Positions 12,076 to 25,965 of a stretch of 64,000 nucleotides of DNA are shown here, piece by piece. The translations under genes were made by a program, and so were the position numbers. Origin of the DNA: Haliotis rufescens. Its lineage: Eukaryota. Position 1 is the first letter of the stretch. Every line of letters starts with the position of its first letter. A model generated the notes under the pieces. The model ran no database searches and was not told the DNA's origin. It saw only the letters and a program-made list of their open reading frames with translations. The stretch is from assembly GCF_023055435.1 (NCBI RefSeq), contig NW_025964223.1, positions 40,052,001-40,116,000 of the forward strand, given 5' to 3'.

Positions 12076-15000
12076 TCATTTGATGTCAGATGGGACAAGC
12101 TTGGCTGTGACAAGGGCTACCGCAGTCACATATCCTTCCGAATCTTTGTTGGAAAAGTTAACTTGGACCGTGATAGAAGTGGTGTTCAACAAGGTGGAAG
12201 GGACGAAAAACTCCCAAACATCCATGTAGTTGAAGATTTTACTGTTCTGTTTGTCTGAGTCGTACAGCTTGTAACAGGAGTAAAGAGGTTGGTGGTTAAA
12301 GGTAACAGATGACAGAATGTTTGTTTCATTGATGGGAAGACTCGCAGAAACTCGCAGTCTTGCGCTGTCGAATTCATCTTTTGGAAGAGCTATGGTTGTC
12401 ACAGCGATGCCGTCCTTGATGGGTATAACCATACCAGCTCCGTAGTATGTTGTTTCATTGAAAGTGTCTCTTGGCAACTGGTTTGAGGGAATCTTGAATG
12501 TATAGCGACATGTTGCTTCAGGTGGAAGTTCAACCATTCCTCCAGTATTACCGATGTCAAAGGGTTCGTTGAAGGTGATAATTGGATACCAGTTGTCCTT
12601 GATGGTGATACAAGTAGCTTCTCCTGTGATTGGTGTTATCCAGTCGTCTTGAAAAATTAATTTGACCATCTGTGATTGTTGAGAATAGCTGTGTAAGAGA
12701 ATGACCGTTTCATTACGTACAGAACTTGACATTGATAGCGGCGATACCGTTCGTTCCTGACCATCACATTTGCTGGCAGTTCTGATGAAGGAGTACTCTG
12801 ACGTGAAATTGTACCAAAATTTGAATACATCTGCATTCCTTGAGGCGTTTCCTTGGCGGGTGAAAAGTGACCAGTTGGAACCATTATTTCCAGGATCTTG
12901 TTCACTGCTTAAAAGAAACACCACCGATCTGTCAATGTATTCTCTGAGACCAAGTTGGGTGAACCTATGGGCATTAGACTGGTATATTGTTGAAAAGTCA
13001 ACTATCCCAGATAGAGCAGTTTTACTAATTCCTGCCACTCCCCCGCGACCATATTCACTGATAATGAGTGGGATTTTTTCCCCCTTCTTTTGATGAACAT
13101 AGTTTTCAATCAGGTCAACAAATGCTACCAGGCGTGCTTCATTTATACCAGTAAATCGGTGAGATTTCCCTGAAACAATAAGTGCGTTGTACGAATGAAA
13201 GGAAAACACGTCTAAATAGTCTAAAGTGATGTCCATGAACTCTACCAGTTTTGTCCAGAACGAAAAGTCGTTCCTGTCTACCACTGTGTTATATCCTGTC
13301 ATTGTCGGGCCAACCACTTTGATGTTAAACCTGGAATGGAGTTTCTCGGCAACTGTTTTGTGGAAAATGGCGACAGTGGTGGTGAAATTCATTATATCCT
13401 CTTTAACATCTGGTTCGTTGACGACCTCGAAGTATGGCGGAATCCGACCTTGAGTGTAGTCAAAGACTCCTTGCACCAGCAACAATATGAACTCTGAAGC
13501 AGCATCGATGTTGTTGGGGAATTGACCCTTATGATCGGACGTATTCATCCAGTTTGGCCAGTGAAGACCTTAAATCAATAATACAACATAAAACTGATTG
13601 ATAAATACATATGCCGTTTCTATAAGAGCTTACGCATGTATGTCCGTTTTAAAGACTGCCACTGTTTCCTTGACGATACAGGACGTCAAGCTGGCGATAA
13701 TATATGGGTATTAAGTAGTTGCTGTGCTGTGTAATTGCTGTGTAATCAACCAAATAAGACAAAGGCCGCCTGTTCTTGTATTTCCTTATTACAATCAATG
13801 AAGGACTATCTTTATATTCACAGAAAGTATTTAAGACAATTTGAATAATATTATGTTGAATGTTATAATTTCATGTTCAACTTTGTACACCACTATCCCA
13901 CATGACAGACTGAAGGTAAAACTCATTCCTTGATCCATGGGACTTTGTTTTAAATAACGTGTTGACCACAGATATAGTTACATGTCTATTTTCAGAGGTT
14001 CAGGTCAATTTGTCAAAATGGAAGCAAATGACATCTGAAGTTTACTGCAAAAACATTATCTGAAATGCTAGACATCCTTATTGATAATATCTATTTAACA
14101 TTTTGGGAAAAAACATTCAGGCAAGAAGTAGGCATCCCCATAGTCACCGATTCCGCTCCCCTCCTTGCTGATCTGTTTCTTTATTCATATGAATCAGAAT
14201 TTCTGCTCGGACTGGCAAAGTCAAACCAAGTTAATTTGGCCAGGAACTTTAACATAAACTTCAGGTATATAGATGATCTGATATCGTTCAATAACGGTCA
14301 AATTGCCAATTCCCTTACACCTATACTAGAAATGTAGGCGACCAGTGAGACCGCCTCATCTGTTTCATATTTGGATCTACACAAAAAGATTCTGAGTGAA
14401 AAAAAACACTCTCAACAAGACTGTATGACAAGAGGGATGACTTCAACTTTTCAAAAGTCAACATATCCTTTATTCCACAATTTTTGAGGTGCAATCTAGC
14501 ATACTCTTTCTACCAAGATTTCAAAGAGAACTATACAACTCTTGCCCAGAGGTTGTTTGATCAAGGTTACAACATTCAAGGCCTCTGTAAAACTTTAAAG
14601 GGTTTTATGGAAGGCAGACATGTCGAGGACATTTCAAAATTTGACAAAAATCAGTGATAAAAATTATGTCTGATGCAATGCTCTATTTGGACTTCTACCC
14701 TATGTTCACGTGTTTTCAGATGAACAATTGACTTGCCTTTGCAAGTGTTTGTGACGGATGCCACCGGTGGAGCAGAATATGTTAACCTCTTCGCGAACAC
14801 CTTGTATTATCACTATTTGATACTGATTCACAAACATATGGTCATGATATACTAGTAGTCGGAAACGTACAATCGACTCTGTTTTTAGCAGATATTGCTT
14901 ATGAATATGGAGAGGGTTTTGCCACGTTTTATTTATAAGTCCATTAATCTCACACCTATCGTTGGTAACTACACGTAAAGTACGTCCAGGCGATTTTGGG

Positions 15001-17839
15001 TTATTTTCTACCATCTGCACATCATTTGCTTCTCTCGTTCACAGAGGTCATAACATAAGAAGGCAATATAAAATGCGATCTTGACGTCCATGCATGATGT
15101 GTGATAGAGCAACTGCCATATATAGGTGCAATATCTATCGAACGCCTGACTTCGTTATTGCAGTGATTCGTGAGTGCATCTAATCTTCGAATTTGTCTAT
15201 TACAAATTGTTCGGACTTTCTGCGGCTATTACTATTGTGACGGGAAAGAAATATGAATCCCTCTACGTCCGTTTTAATAATATTACCAATCAAATAACAG
15301 CATTTGTTTCTGAATACTCTTACCTTTCATCATCATGATCATTTCATTCTTATAACCACTGTCAATGTTAGCAAGGTAATCGGAGAACCATTCCTGTTGC
15401 ACGCTGACGTTCTTCAGGTAGTTGGGGTCGGGGTAGCCACTTCGGTGTGCGTCTTCTGGCCACTACAATCAATATGCTTATTAGGCAAGGAGAATGTTAT
15501 TCCAAACAGTGCTACTTTGTGAATATTCGTCAATGCATATTAGCTTAATCATTTACTTTCAGTCTAAACATGGGTCAGGGTACCCTCTGGCCAATGTATA
15601 ACTTATATATGAAAATTTGGGTTTAGTATAATTAATCGCATATTAATGACAATTCACTGTTGTGCAATGTTTCCCAGTAATATAATACTATACTTGTATC
15701 ATGCATAAAAGGAAAAGGTTAATTCAATAATTGTCCAGTCATTTGTTACCTGTTCACTGGCAAGTGTACAAGTCCATATTAGTCTTAAGTAATTACTTCA
15801 TTTGTATGAGTGGATACGACCATGGGACATCTAGCAACAATTGTCTATCCCAATTAAAGAAAGACAAAGACTCTAAAACATAGTGTTTATTTCTTAGCAG
15901 GAGAATCGGCCTCAAAACATTCATCCCACCACATTCATACATTTATCGTATGCTACATCACTGTAGCTCTATAAATGTAAACTAATGTCTGTTTGCAATA
16001 TTCATGACATTACTGTCAAAACGAACCCTCGAAGCCATACATAACAAGACAGGATGAGCAAATGAATGACACAGAAATGCTTCATGTTTTCTGTCTCAAC
16101 TGCCGGGCAAAAGACCCTTATCACCTTGTACCGCAGCTCCATAAAAAGAAACAAAAAAGGTGTTATCGATATGATGATTATTTTAATGAAAGGAATAATT
16201 TTTTATGTCTGTACACATTGCAATGCTATATCGATAGTGCACTTGCCAAAAGTCCGAGCGAAAGAGACACGGGATCAAAAGAAAAGACGAATCCACTCAA
16301 AAGGTGCTCATAAAGTCAAATCATGTGACAAGACATGTCCCTAGTAGCGTGTGTGACCATCCCCTGCATCAATGCGCGCCAAAATAGTCTCCTCGTGGAT
16401 GTCGTTAGTCGCCGGATGACGTCATTAGGAATTCTGCGCTACTCGTCCAATAAAACCTGTTCAAGCTGCTGTCTGTTTGCTGGGGGAGATACGCGTTGTC
16501 TCATCTGTCGATCACGATGATCCCAGAGATCCTCTATGGGATTCATGTCTGGAGAACATGCTGGCCAAGGCAATACGTTGACGTTAACGTTGTGCAGATA
16601 TTGCTGAACACGTCTGGCGGTATGAGATCGTGCATTATCCTGCGGCAAAAGAGTACCCCTTGCCCGTCCACGTAATTGGCACTAGAGCAGATCGAACGCC
16701 TCATCTCTGTATCTTTGGCAATTAAGATTCCCACGGATGATGACAAGCCTTGTTGTCCTCTGACCGCAAATACTGCCCGATACCATAACGCTGCCTCCAC
16801 CATACGGCTGCTCATCTTGGATGCAGTAAGATGCCAGTCGCTCGCCCCTACGACGATAAACACGGACTCGGCCATCATTTCTGATCAAGTAAAAGCGACT
16901 TTCATCTGGGAACAGCACCCTTTCCAAATCACGCCGCTGCCACCGACGTACAGTTCTTGCCCATTGTAATGCGTTGACGTAGAAGATGGATCAATGCCGT
17001 TCCATGGAAGGGGCGGTAGGCTCTGATACCACCAATGCGGAGTCATCGTAAGGGTGTTCATCTGCTGATGGGGTGTCCCATTGGCGTCGCTGCCGTTGAC
17101 GTCGCTGTCACGTATCGGATGTAGCGGTCTTCAACTGGTGTTGTGACTCTTTGTGTCTGGCCTATTTGCTGATACAGGCTCAACTAGTTGCTGATACTGG
17201 TTTGACTGCAGTTAAAGGTTCTTGCAAACTGCCGTTGAGAGGCCCCTATATCGGCTATACCAACAGCTCTGTCACGTTCCTCTTGTGTGAGTATCGGCAT
17301 TTCTCTGCTGTTCTTTTTGATGCTGCATCCTTCCTCTACCCCACACCGGTATTTATGCAACAATTATGCACGAACACTTTTTACAGTTCCCCAAAATACT
17401 GTTTCCGATTTATCATGACTGCACTACACTCACTAAAACGTGACTTCCATTGTGCACATGGTGTGTGTTGGTGAATGTTTTCTGATAACATTCTAACTTA
17501 TCGCACTTATCGCCTTTAATTCAGTGATACGTTTCTTTAGCCCGGCATTTTACAATGTGACTTATTACGATAATATAATGGATCAAATTAGAAAGAAAAT
17601 CTCACCACTCGGAAGAGAGTAAAATCTTCGTGTATCCAGCGGCCGCTGTCAGTCCGAAGGCGGCGACAGTTTGCAATACGGGACTCCTTTTCCAGGCCAT
17701 TGTGCTTGTTCCATCTGTCACTCTCATAGCGCACACTACCCCCCTGTGCCAGCCACTGAGGATAGACCGTCACAGTCGTGTCACTATATACACCACCTAT
17801 TACCAGGCTCAGGGTGAGAAAGACCAGTGTCAATTTCAT
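12076..17839 (-). CDS. Secreted GH86 beta-porphyranase/beta-agarase-like glycoside hydrolase, copy 2 (most divergent); exons 17606-17839, 15324-15462, 12076-13568; 621 aa
   Basis: Open spliced frame with GT-AG sites (phases 0 and 1); signal peptide MKLTLVFLTLSLVIGGVYS; EVVNEPD (Glu codon 13414-13416), DVFSFHSY, PLIISEYG (Glu codon 13054-13056), TYYGA..IPI, ARLRVS and VQVNFS...GYVTAVAL resemble bacterial GH86 enzymes. Confidence 0.88.
13990..14900 (+). mobile_element. Penelope-like retroelement reverse transcriptase fragment plus 3' region in intron 2 of copy 2
   Basis: MLDILIDNIYLTF...FRQEVGIPIVTDSAPLLADLFLYSYESEF...FRYIDDLISFNN (YIDD motif); downstream SYLDL and LYDKRDDFNF remnants with frameshifts; 3' motif GTGACGGATGCCACCGGTGGAGCAG recurs at about 57640. 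Confidence 0.8.
16098..17551 (-). mobile_element. Degenerate Tc1-family (DD34E) transposon in intron 1 of copy 2
   Basis: Frameshifted transposase: VLFPDESRF...GRVRVYRRRGER...GGGSVMV, QDNARSHTAR, LPWPACSPDMNPIEDLWD, GDGHTRY*; degenerate TIRs tgccgggcaaaagacccttatcac (about 16101) and gtgatacgtttctttagcccggca (about 17524-17547). Confidence 0.88.
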
Positions 17840-17879
17840 TGTCACCGAAATGTAATGTGTCATCACAAAGACATGAACA

Positions 17880-18010
17880 GCTTTTATGCTTAGAATTCGT
17901 CGGAATTATCAGTGACCCAATTTTGCCGTTCTATAAATCCTTGTACATGATAAGAACATGCGTAGGCATGTTGATGTGGTGAAAGGATAGCCTTGAGGTT
18001 TGTGCATGTC
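17880..18010 (-). promoter_or_regulatory. Candidate proximal promoter of copy 2 (TATA-like CATAAAA about 17882-17888; conserved block with GATA site)
   Basis: Block gttcta(t/g)aaat...tgataagaacatgcg...gtggtga...tagccttg is conserved upstream of copies 2, 3 (about 25228) and 4 (about 32909), with more diverged copies at about 25900 and 33160. Confidence 0.45.
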
Positions 18011-19659
18011 AGCATTGCTCAGCGGATACTACGTCTTTATCTTCTGTAAAAAAAATACAATTTAAAGTGACTCCTTATCATTATGTTTGACAGCTCAGTA
18101 ACTTGGTTAACTGCATTTCATCGTCCCTCGACGACTTGTTTCGTTGTTCACAATGTTAATCATTTTAATATCTTGCCCAGGCTCGATTATTTGCAGGCAG
18201 ACTGAATACTGGAATAAACGATACGCCACAGTCTCCCATTAAGTACACACTGTTGTACATTTCCAGTAACTGTTTGTTATGGTATTAATAGTGTGTTCAC
18301 GTCACAGAGCAGAGACTTTCACACAAGGTTGGGCCTATCTATGATCCTGCGATATAGTGTACAGTTTTTGGAAATGTACATAAAACCAATATACATAGTC
18401 GACTACTTGATGTCCAACTTATACTTTGTACATGCATAAAGTCAGGGTTTACCATGATATCAGAGAAGTATTGGAGTTAAGAAGAATCACTTTAAGGTCT
18501 TGCCAATTAAGAATTCATTCCCTTGCCAACTGTGCGGATGTTGTGGGGTGGTCTTTTGCTTGTTTGACGCAACAGTACACATTATTACATTTATTTAACG
18601 TCCGCCTCCTAATTCCCGATTCTTGACCAGGCGTCAGACACCGGCAACCTGGTTTGTAACCTGTAACCTCAGTCGCGGAATTTTTCGTTTGGGGGACGAT
18701 TTTGCCTGTAATTTCTTTTCGTCCGTTTGACGCGATTTCCCTTTTCCAAATTAAATTTTGGTCAGCCAATTGTGATTAGGTATCCTCTCAAGTATTAAAT
18801 TCTGCAAAGTTGCTATGTTTACTTTACTTGCTAAATAGTCCGTGAAGAGGTCCCCTCTTTGAAGGACTGAAGTAGGTTTCTGCTCTTGTCTCGATGGCTG
18901 AAGACGTGCCTGTTTAGGCCTCAACCAAGGGGTATCTGAACATGCTTGTCAAATGGGCCAAAATACTGGCCCGCTGTCTGTTTTGCTTTTTTCTACTTTA
19001 CCACAATATTAGAATAGTGAAGGTTGGACGAGGTGTTTAACAGACAACCTATGCTGGTGTTGCACAAAACATTTTTCTTTGAAGTAAAATTTTGTTTCCA
19101 TGACAACCCAATGGAAAAAATTCATCTATCCCATTGGTCACCAATGTGTTCAGATAATTACATGAATATATAGCTAGTGTGTGATGGGGCCGGTCTTTGA
19201 TATGATGTTCCAATCAAGCACCTGCCTTGACTTCTTTTGCCCATGACAGCTTTGTCGCTTTGGTGACACAAACAATTGTATTTGCTGTAAATGTGAACAG
19301 GTAGGAACAACCAGAAGATGTTCAGCAACATCCATGCACATGTTGTAGCTTGAGTACGTAACAGACAGACGTCATTGTTGGCTATAAGATAAGAATATGC
19401 TAAATATACGTAAAATGTTTTTCCCATGTGATATGTTTGATGCATGTGACATTTGTTTAGCACACAAAAGTGATTTTACTCACAAAATAATAACCTGTCC
19501 ATCATAATACCTGCATCTTTCCAAATTTGCCCACACACTAGCTGTGAGTTAGCTAATTTTATAACTAGTCATCATAGTTCTTATGATATTGTGTCTGACA
19601 AAAACATAGATAATGGTCACATGTGTAATCTATATCCTGGCTGCTTTATTTTCGTGGTT

Positions 19660-19822
19660 GGTGCGGTCGGGTAGCCTAGTGGTTAGAGCGTTCGTCATGC
19701 CTATAACGTGGGTTCGATTCCCGACAAGGGTACACTGTGTGAAGCCCATTTCTGGTGTCCCAAGCCGGGATATGGTGGAATATTACTAAAAGCGGCGTAA
19801 AACCAAACTCACTCACTCACCA
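19660..19822 (+). mobile_element. tRNA-derived SINE, family A
   Basis: GGTAGCCTAGTGGTTAGAGCG...GGTTCGATTCCC...GAAGCCCATTTCTGGTGTCCC...GCGGCGTAAAACCAAACTCACTCACTCAC. Confidence 0.85.
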
Positions 19823-20199
19823 TTTTCGGGGTCAATTATCAGCTTCACGTATCCTTGAACGTAGCGACATTGTTTCTTTTATTGATTTTTGTTGCCTACA
19901 TGCACGTCGAACTGAGCAACAGTCCTTCTATAGGATGGCAGCCCGTAAATTATCATGTCATACTCAAACAGGTAAGACATACAGTTCTTTGGTGTGTGTG
20001 TGTGTACATTATATGTACATTGTAGACAGTTAAACAAACATAATTACAACCGACATAGTATTCAAGCTAAGTACAACACCAGCTGTTCTTAAAAATAAAT
20101 TTGCGACCTGGGAATATAACAACAATGACACATTGATGTAATTTGTTTAATACTGTCAAATTTGAGGAATTTGTCAGAAATAGTATTATTTTCATGATT

Positions 20200-23100
20200 T
20201 CAAATCGGTTGGGTAAGCTTGGCTGTGACAAGAGCAACTGAAGAAACATATCCTGCTGTCATGTTGTTGGAGAAGTAGACCTGTACCAGATTAGCCCCCG
20301 TGACAAACAGGGAGGTAGGGACAGCAAACTCCCAAACTTCCCAATAGGTGGTGCTGTTAAACTTGTCGGAATCATACAGCTTATAGAAACAGTCAAGGCG
20401 GTGGAGGTTAAAGGTTATATATGATACATTGTTTGTTTCATTGATCGGCCAACTGGTTGAAACTCTCAGTCTTGCACTGTGATATTGGCCATCTGGTAGA
20501 GATATTACTGTCAAGACGATATTGCCCTTGATTGGTATCAGTGTATCAGCTCCGTAGTATGTGGTTTCGTTGAGAGTGACTGAAGGCAGTTTATTTGAAG
20601 GGGTCTTGAATGTAAGGTGGCATGTTGCTTCAGGAGGAAGTTCAACCATTCCTTGGGTCTTCTGGATGTCGAAGGGTTCATTAAAGGTAATGAGTGGGTA
20701 CCAGTCGTCCTTGATGGTGATACAAGTAGCTTCTCCAGTGGTTGGCTTGATCCAGCCGTCTTCAAAGTCTAACTTGACCGCCTGTGACTTCTGAGAATAG
20801 CTATGCAAGAGAATGACGGTTTCGTTATTCAGTGTACTGGACATTGCTAACGGCGACACCGTTCGTTCCTCTCCATCATACTGACTGGTAGTTCTGATAA
20901 AGGAGTAGCCTGACGTGAATTTGTACCAAAACTTGAAGACGTCGACCATACGCGTGGCGTTTCCTTGAAGAGTGAAAAGTGACCAGTTGAGACTATCATG
21001 TCCTGGATATTTTTCATTGGCTAAAAGAAACACCACTGCTCTGTCAATGTATTCCCTGAGACCTAGTTGGGTGAATCTGTGGCCATTGGCTTGGTATATT
21101 GTTGAAAAGTCAACTATACCTGATGGAGCATATTTGTCAATTCCTTCCACGGGACCGCGGCCATATTCACTAATAACAAGGGGAATAATCTTTCCAGTCT
21201 TCTGAGAGACATAGTTTTCAACCAGGTCGACAAATGCTACCAGACGTGCTTCATTCATACCACTGAAATTGTGAGAATTTCCCGAAACAGTCAGCGAGTT
21301 GTACGAATGAAAAGAAAATACATCGATATAACCCAAAGTGACGTCCAGAAAATTGGCCACTCTTCGCCAATACGAAAAGTCTTTTCTATCCGCCAGCCCA
21401 GTTTCTCCATCAAGTGTAGGACCAGAAACTTTAATATTAAATCTCGCATGGAGTTTCTCAGCAACTAATTTGTGAAATTTGGCAACAGTCGTGAAATTCA
21501 GTATACGCCCTTTACCATCCGGCTCGTTGATGGGCTCAAAGTAGTGTGGCATGTGTCCTTTTGTGTAGTCATATACTCCTTGCAGCATCAACGTCATGAA
21601 CTCTGCAGCAGCATCGACATTGTTTGGGAATTGACCTTCATGTTCAGACGTGTTTATCCAACTCGGGTAATAGAGACCTGAAAAATACTATGATAACAGT
21701 TACTATGATAGATTTGTATTTAATTTTGAAAAAATAAGTGGACATGAAACGGTTTGTAAATATATGAAATATTAAACACTTCGGTAATATCAAAGAATCC
21801 CTGATGTAGAGAAGATGAGTTGTGTAGGAAAGAATGAAATACTATGGTTCACGGTTCGGAAAATTCGGAAAATTGCTTGTTTTTGTCTTTTCCCAATACC
21901 CATACGCCCCAGTCAACCAAGCGATTGACATCATGAGAATAGATCTTTTCATTTTGGATACGGTGACATGCATCAACCAAATCAGTGATCCTGACCACCC
22001 GATCTCGTTAGTTGCCTCCTTCGACAACACATATGATACTGTTTGTGGCAAGTGGGTGGGTGGGTTTACATTTCCTGACATTAATCAGTTCAGGTCAGTT
22101 TCCTATGATTAAATTCTTAGAGAAAATGAAACAAAACACGCTTTGGACAGAAGCAACCTTTTAACGACTGATTTGACTTTTTAGAAGAAAACAAACACGA
22201 CATCTTATATTATCTATTTTATATTTGGAGTACTATAACACCATCAAATGTGTAAGGTCAATGATTTTTTAGCTTCATAATAAACATTTTACTATATTGG
22301 TGTAGTGTTGCTTTTAAAATTAACTTTGAGTCAAATTTTCCATTGCTTTTTGGGAGGAACACAGGAGAAATCTGCTTCCAAGACACACATGATCAAGGAT
22401 GTGAATAATTTTTCATATGACGGATAGTGTTATCGATGTGATTACCATCCACATTTAGTTTGTGTTTGCACCCGAAGTCACCAGTGGGAACCTTTGATTA
22501 GCTCCACCCATCCACCCCCTTTAATAAACTATGGTCCCAAGTTCCTCCAAAATGTCGCTAAGATTATCATAAGAATGAAGTAATAAAAAGACGTTGTCAC
22601 ACTGTTTTCATAATGATACATTTTATTAAATCAAAACTTGAATTGTACACCTTATGACACTGCCAGCGACCTGGGAGTATTAAAGTTCAGTTCAGTTTAG
22701 TTATTATCCTTGCGTATTCCCGTATCCTTGCCACCTCATGTAATGAGTAGATTTATATATTTGTTATTTAGGACGACACTCAGTGATAACCTAGCTATAT
22801 GACGACCAGACAAACTAATAATTGATATAATGAACAAAGATCCACGACGTCGAGTTATGATCGAAAGCTATGAACACACAATGTCATTTAGAAAGTGGTC
22901 AAGGGTAACAAATGTTATATTTGGGATAACACTTTCTTGATAACGTACAGATTCTCGTACTTTGTTTTGGTAATGTCCCGTCCACTTTCGAATACCAAGA
23001 AAGTACGAGAATCTGTACCTAAGCAAGAAAGTGTTATCCAAAATGTAACATTTGTTACAATTTTATTTACATTACATTCTTTCTTCAACATTATATTTAC

Positions 23101-24310
23101 ATACATAGCACCGGTTGTTTACAGACAGGCATAATATAGCGACGTTAATCAACAAACAAAACAATGAACAAAATCTGACTCATCAGGCAAGTTTAGGTTC
23201 GCTGTAAGATATTTTCAATTTATCATTGGTTAAGTAGACTTTAGTTCACAATTTGGCTTCTACGTGGCAGGTGACGATGAACCGACAGTGGGCACATGTC
23301 GCACGAATGGGCACCGATGACGTTGACCCAAAGACGGCATCTAGCATTGCCTAAATTATGTATTCTACCAGAGGTCCAGAGGTCCAACAGAATAAAACGA
23401 ACGAGATTTAAAAAGTTTGCTTTGGTCTTTTCTACTAACGATGATTAGTTCCGTAATGCCTACAATGTCAGCATATTGAACAGTCTTACCTCCAGCCATC
23501 ATGATCATGTCGTTCTCATAACCACTCATAATGTTCTCAACGTACTTGGAGAACAGTTCCTGCTGTTTGGTGACGTTCTTCAGATGGTTGGGGTCAGGGT
23601 AGCCACTACGGTTTGGATCTTCTGGCCACTACAATACATATTCATTTTAACTCTATCACTCAATATGCTTATTAGATTAGTAGAATTGTATTCCTCTTTA
23701 TGCCATTTTGTAAACATACTTCTATGCACATTAGCTCTGACATTTACTGTGAACTGACATAATGTGGCGTCAAGAAGTGATATATTAGCTCCTATTGTAA
23801 ATGGTAAAGAATATATCACCAAAGCTTGACATAAATTACGAACAGTTCAAAATTCAATATACATGTATTTCTTATTTTAAATGTTTGTTTTTGTTTCTTT
23901 TAGTAATGGGTCACCACGTTCGTGGGAGGGCTGTTTGAAATGAATATATACCATTGCGTTATAGACATCGTTGACTTTTCAATTTGATCATGTCAAATAT
24001 CTCTTTGAACAAAACTGGTGACCGCTTCCATTTGCAAACAGTATTTTTGATTACTAGTAGTTGATCTCACGTCTTGGAAGAGACGACCGTTAAGGTCTCT
24101 GTTATTCCAGCGCCCACTGTCAGTTCCAATGCTCCGACAGTTAGGAATGAGAGATGTTCGATCCAGACCATTGTGTTTGTTCCACCTATTACTGTCATAG
24201 CGAGCACTACCTCCCTGTGCCAGCCATTGAGGGTGGATTGTAACAGTGTTTTCACTGTATACACCGCCTACTATCAGACTCAAAGTGAGAAAGACCTGTG
24301 TCCAGTTCAT
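20200..24310 (-). CDS. Secreted GH86 beta-porphyranase/beta-agarase-like glycoside hydrolase, copy 3; exons 24071-24310, 23490-23628, 20200-21677; 618 aa
   Basis: Open spliced frame with GT-AG sites; signal peptide MNWTQVFLTLSLIVGGVYS; EPINEPD, FSFHSY and PLVISEYG intact. Confidence 0.9.
21915..22030 (-). mobile_element. SINE family D fragment in intron 2 of copy 3
   Basis: Reverse complement reads GAGGCAACTAACGAGATCGGGTGGTCAGG...TCTCATGATGTCAATC, related to 41345-41492. Confidence 0.55.
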
Positions 24311-24552
24311 TTTCTGAAACAAATATCCAATTTAATGAAATGACTTATTTACAATACTGGTTTCATTTCATCGTTGAAAATGTTTTACTATGAATCATAA
24401 AACGTTCTATCAAGATTGTCATATATAGTTTAATATGATTCAAGTTAGCATGATGCATACAGTTATATACAATTACGTGTTATTGTAAGTGTTTCCACTG
24501 AGCTGTTTATTTTGTAGTCAGTTGACGCAGGATACCAGTCTCTAAAAGCATA

Positions 24553-24818
24553 CGGGGGCACGGGTGGCCCTGTCGACTGAGGCGCCGCGATTCGCTGTGC
24601 AGAGTTGCGTCCCTTGAACACGCCAGAAACCTATGATTGTGGGTTCGAGTACCGGTTCTAGGTTTGTCAACACCATACCCGTGCTCGTGGGTTTCACCGA
24701 AGTGGTAAACGTCTGAGACCTGCATCACTTCGGGCTTTCCTCCCACATTAAGCTGACACGCGGCGATATAACTTGAATACTGTTAAAGGCGGCGTTAAAC
24801 CAAACTCACTCACTCATT
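24553..24818 (+). mobile_element. SINE family B, near full length
   Basis: GGGGCACGGGTGGCCC head, GGTTCGAGTACC B box, GGGCTTTCCTCCCACA core and GCGGCGTTAAACCAAACTCACTCACTC tail. Confidence 0.85.
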
Positions 24819-25126
24819 CTAAAATATACACAATATATAAACATTAATAATTCCGATATAGACTACATGTAGATGTCGGCATTTGGACATTTCGCTTCCG
24901 TTGTTTTATTAAATATAGATGTCATTACTGTATTATATTATACAATACCATATTCTACAATTACAAGAATGATAATAAATCCAACATGTATGAAAGAATG
25001 TAATGGCGTTCTTCTCAAATATTTATGAGGCATGTTTTACAGTCTATAAATATTTGAGATATTATCCCTGCGTGCTAGGACCGTTGTTTTTGTGTGTCTG
25101 GCATGAATATTACAAACAAAAGGCAA

Positions 25127-25310
25127 ACTCACGTGACAGTTCGGGTTCAGATGGTCATCTTTACACTCTACACGACGAGTGAGAGTCTTTATAGTTAGAT
25201 TTCCTAAATCGGTGACCTTGACACTACCGTTCTAGAAATGTTTGTAAATGATAAGAACATGCGTCGGTATGTAGGTGTGGTGATAGAGTAGCCTTGAGGA
25301 ATGTGCATGT
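25127..25310 (-). promoter_or_regulatory. Candidate promoter and short non-coding first exon of copy 3
   Basis: Minus-strand CTATAAA at 25188-25194, GTGAGT donor at 25127-25132, matching acceptor cag at 24314-24316 three bases before the ATG; TGATAA block at about 25248. Homologous arrangement at 32817-32990 for copy 4. Confidence 0.5.
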
Positions 25311-25619
25311 CGCCGTACCACTCTAAAAGAAAGATGAGTATCGTATACGAATAAATTAACATTGAAATGCCACTTCTTGATTTATACCCTTTTCTCTTTC
25401 ACATGAAATCTAAACAGATGCTGCAAAATACCTTAGAGGACCTTTTGTTTTCAGACAACCCCTTCTATGATTCTCAGATGTGTTATTTCCCCGATGAATC
25501 AAATGCGTGCTAAAGGAAATAACGCATAAGGAGGCGAACTTTTGCGGTTACAATAATAGTAGAATTATGTGACAAAGTAAGTATTGACAACCTCTAAGCA
25601 TCGAGGACATTGTGCTTAT

Positions 25620-25965
25620 TCATCATGTCACTCTCATAGCGAACACTACGTCCTTTTTGTGCAAAATAAATACAATATAAATGTAATGATTAACAGTACT
25701 TGGTGGTTGCCTCATGGTCATTATGTTGGAGGCTTGGTCGAGTTTTGGCTCGATTATTATTTTTTATGAGGCTAAAGGTGAGAAAGACCAGTGTCCATTT
25801 CATTGTCGCTGGAATGTAATGTAACCTCATGAGAAATGAAGTGATGTGCTTGGAAGCGAGAGTTTTCTATTGTTAAAATTCACGGAAAATGTCTGTGGCC
25901 GTTCTGTAAATGTAGATGATATGGAAAGGCGCTGTTAACTAGGTGTGGTGATAGGGTAGCCTTGA
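25620..25965 (-). pseudogene. Relic exon 1 of copy-2 type (start MKWTLVFLTFSL) with its upstream block
   Basis: aggctaaaggtgagaaagaccagtgtccatttcattgtc (about 25768-25807) matches the copy 2 exon 1 start; tgtcactctcatagcgaacactac (about 25626-25649) matches the exon 1 interior. Confidence 0.6.
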
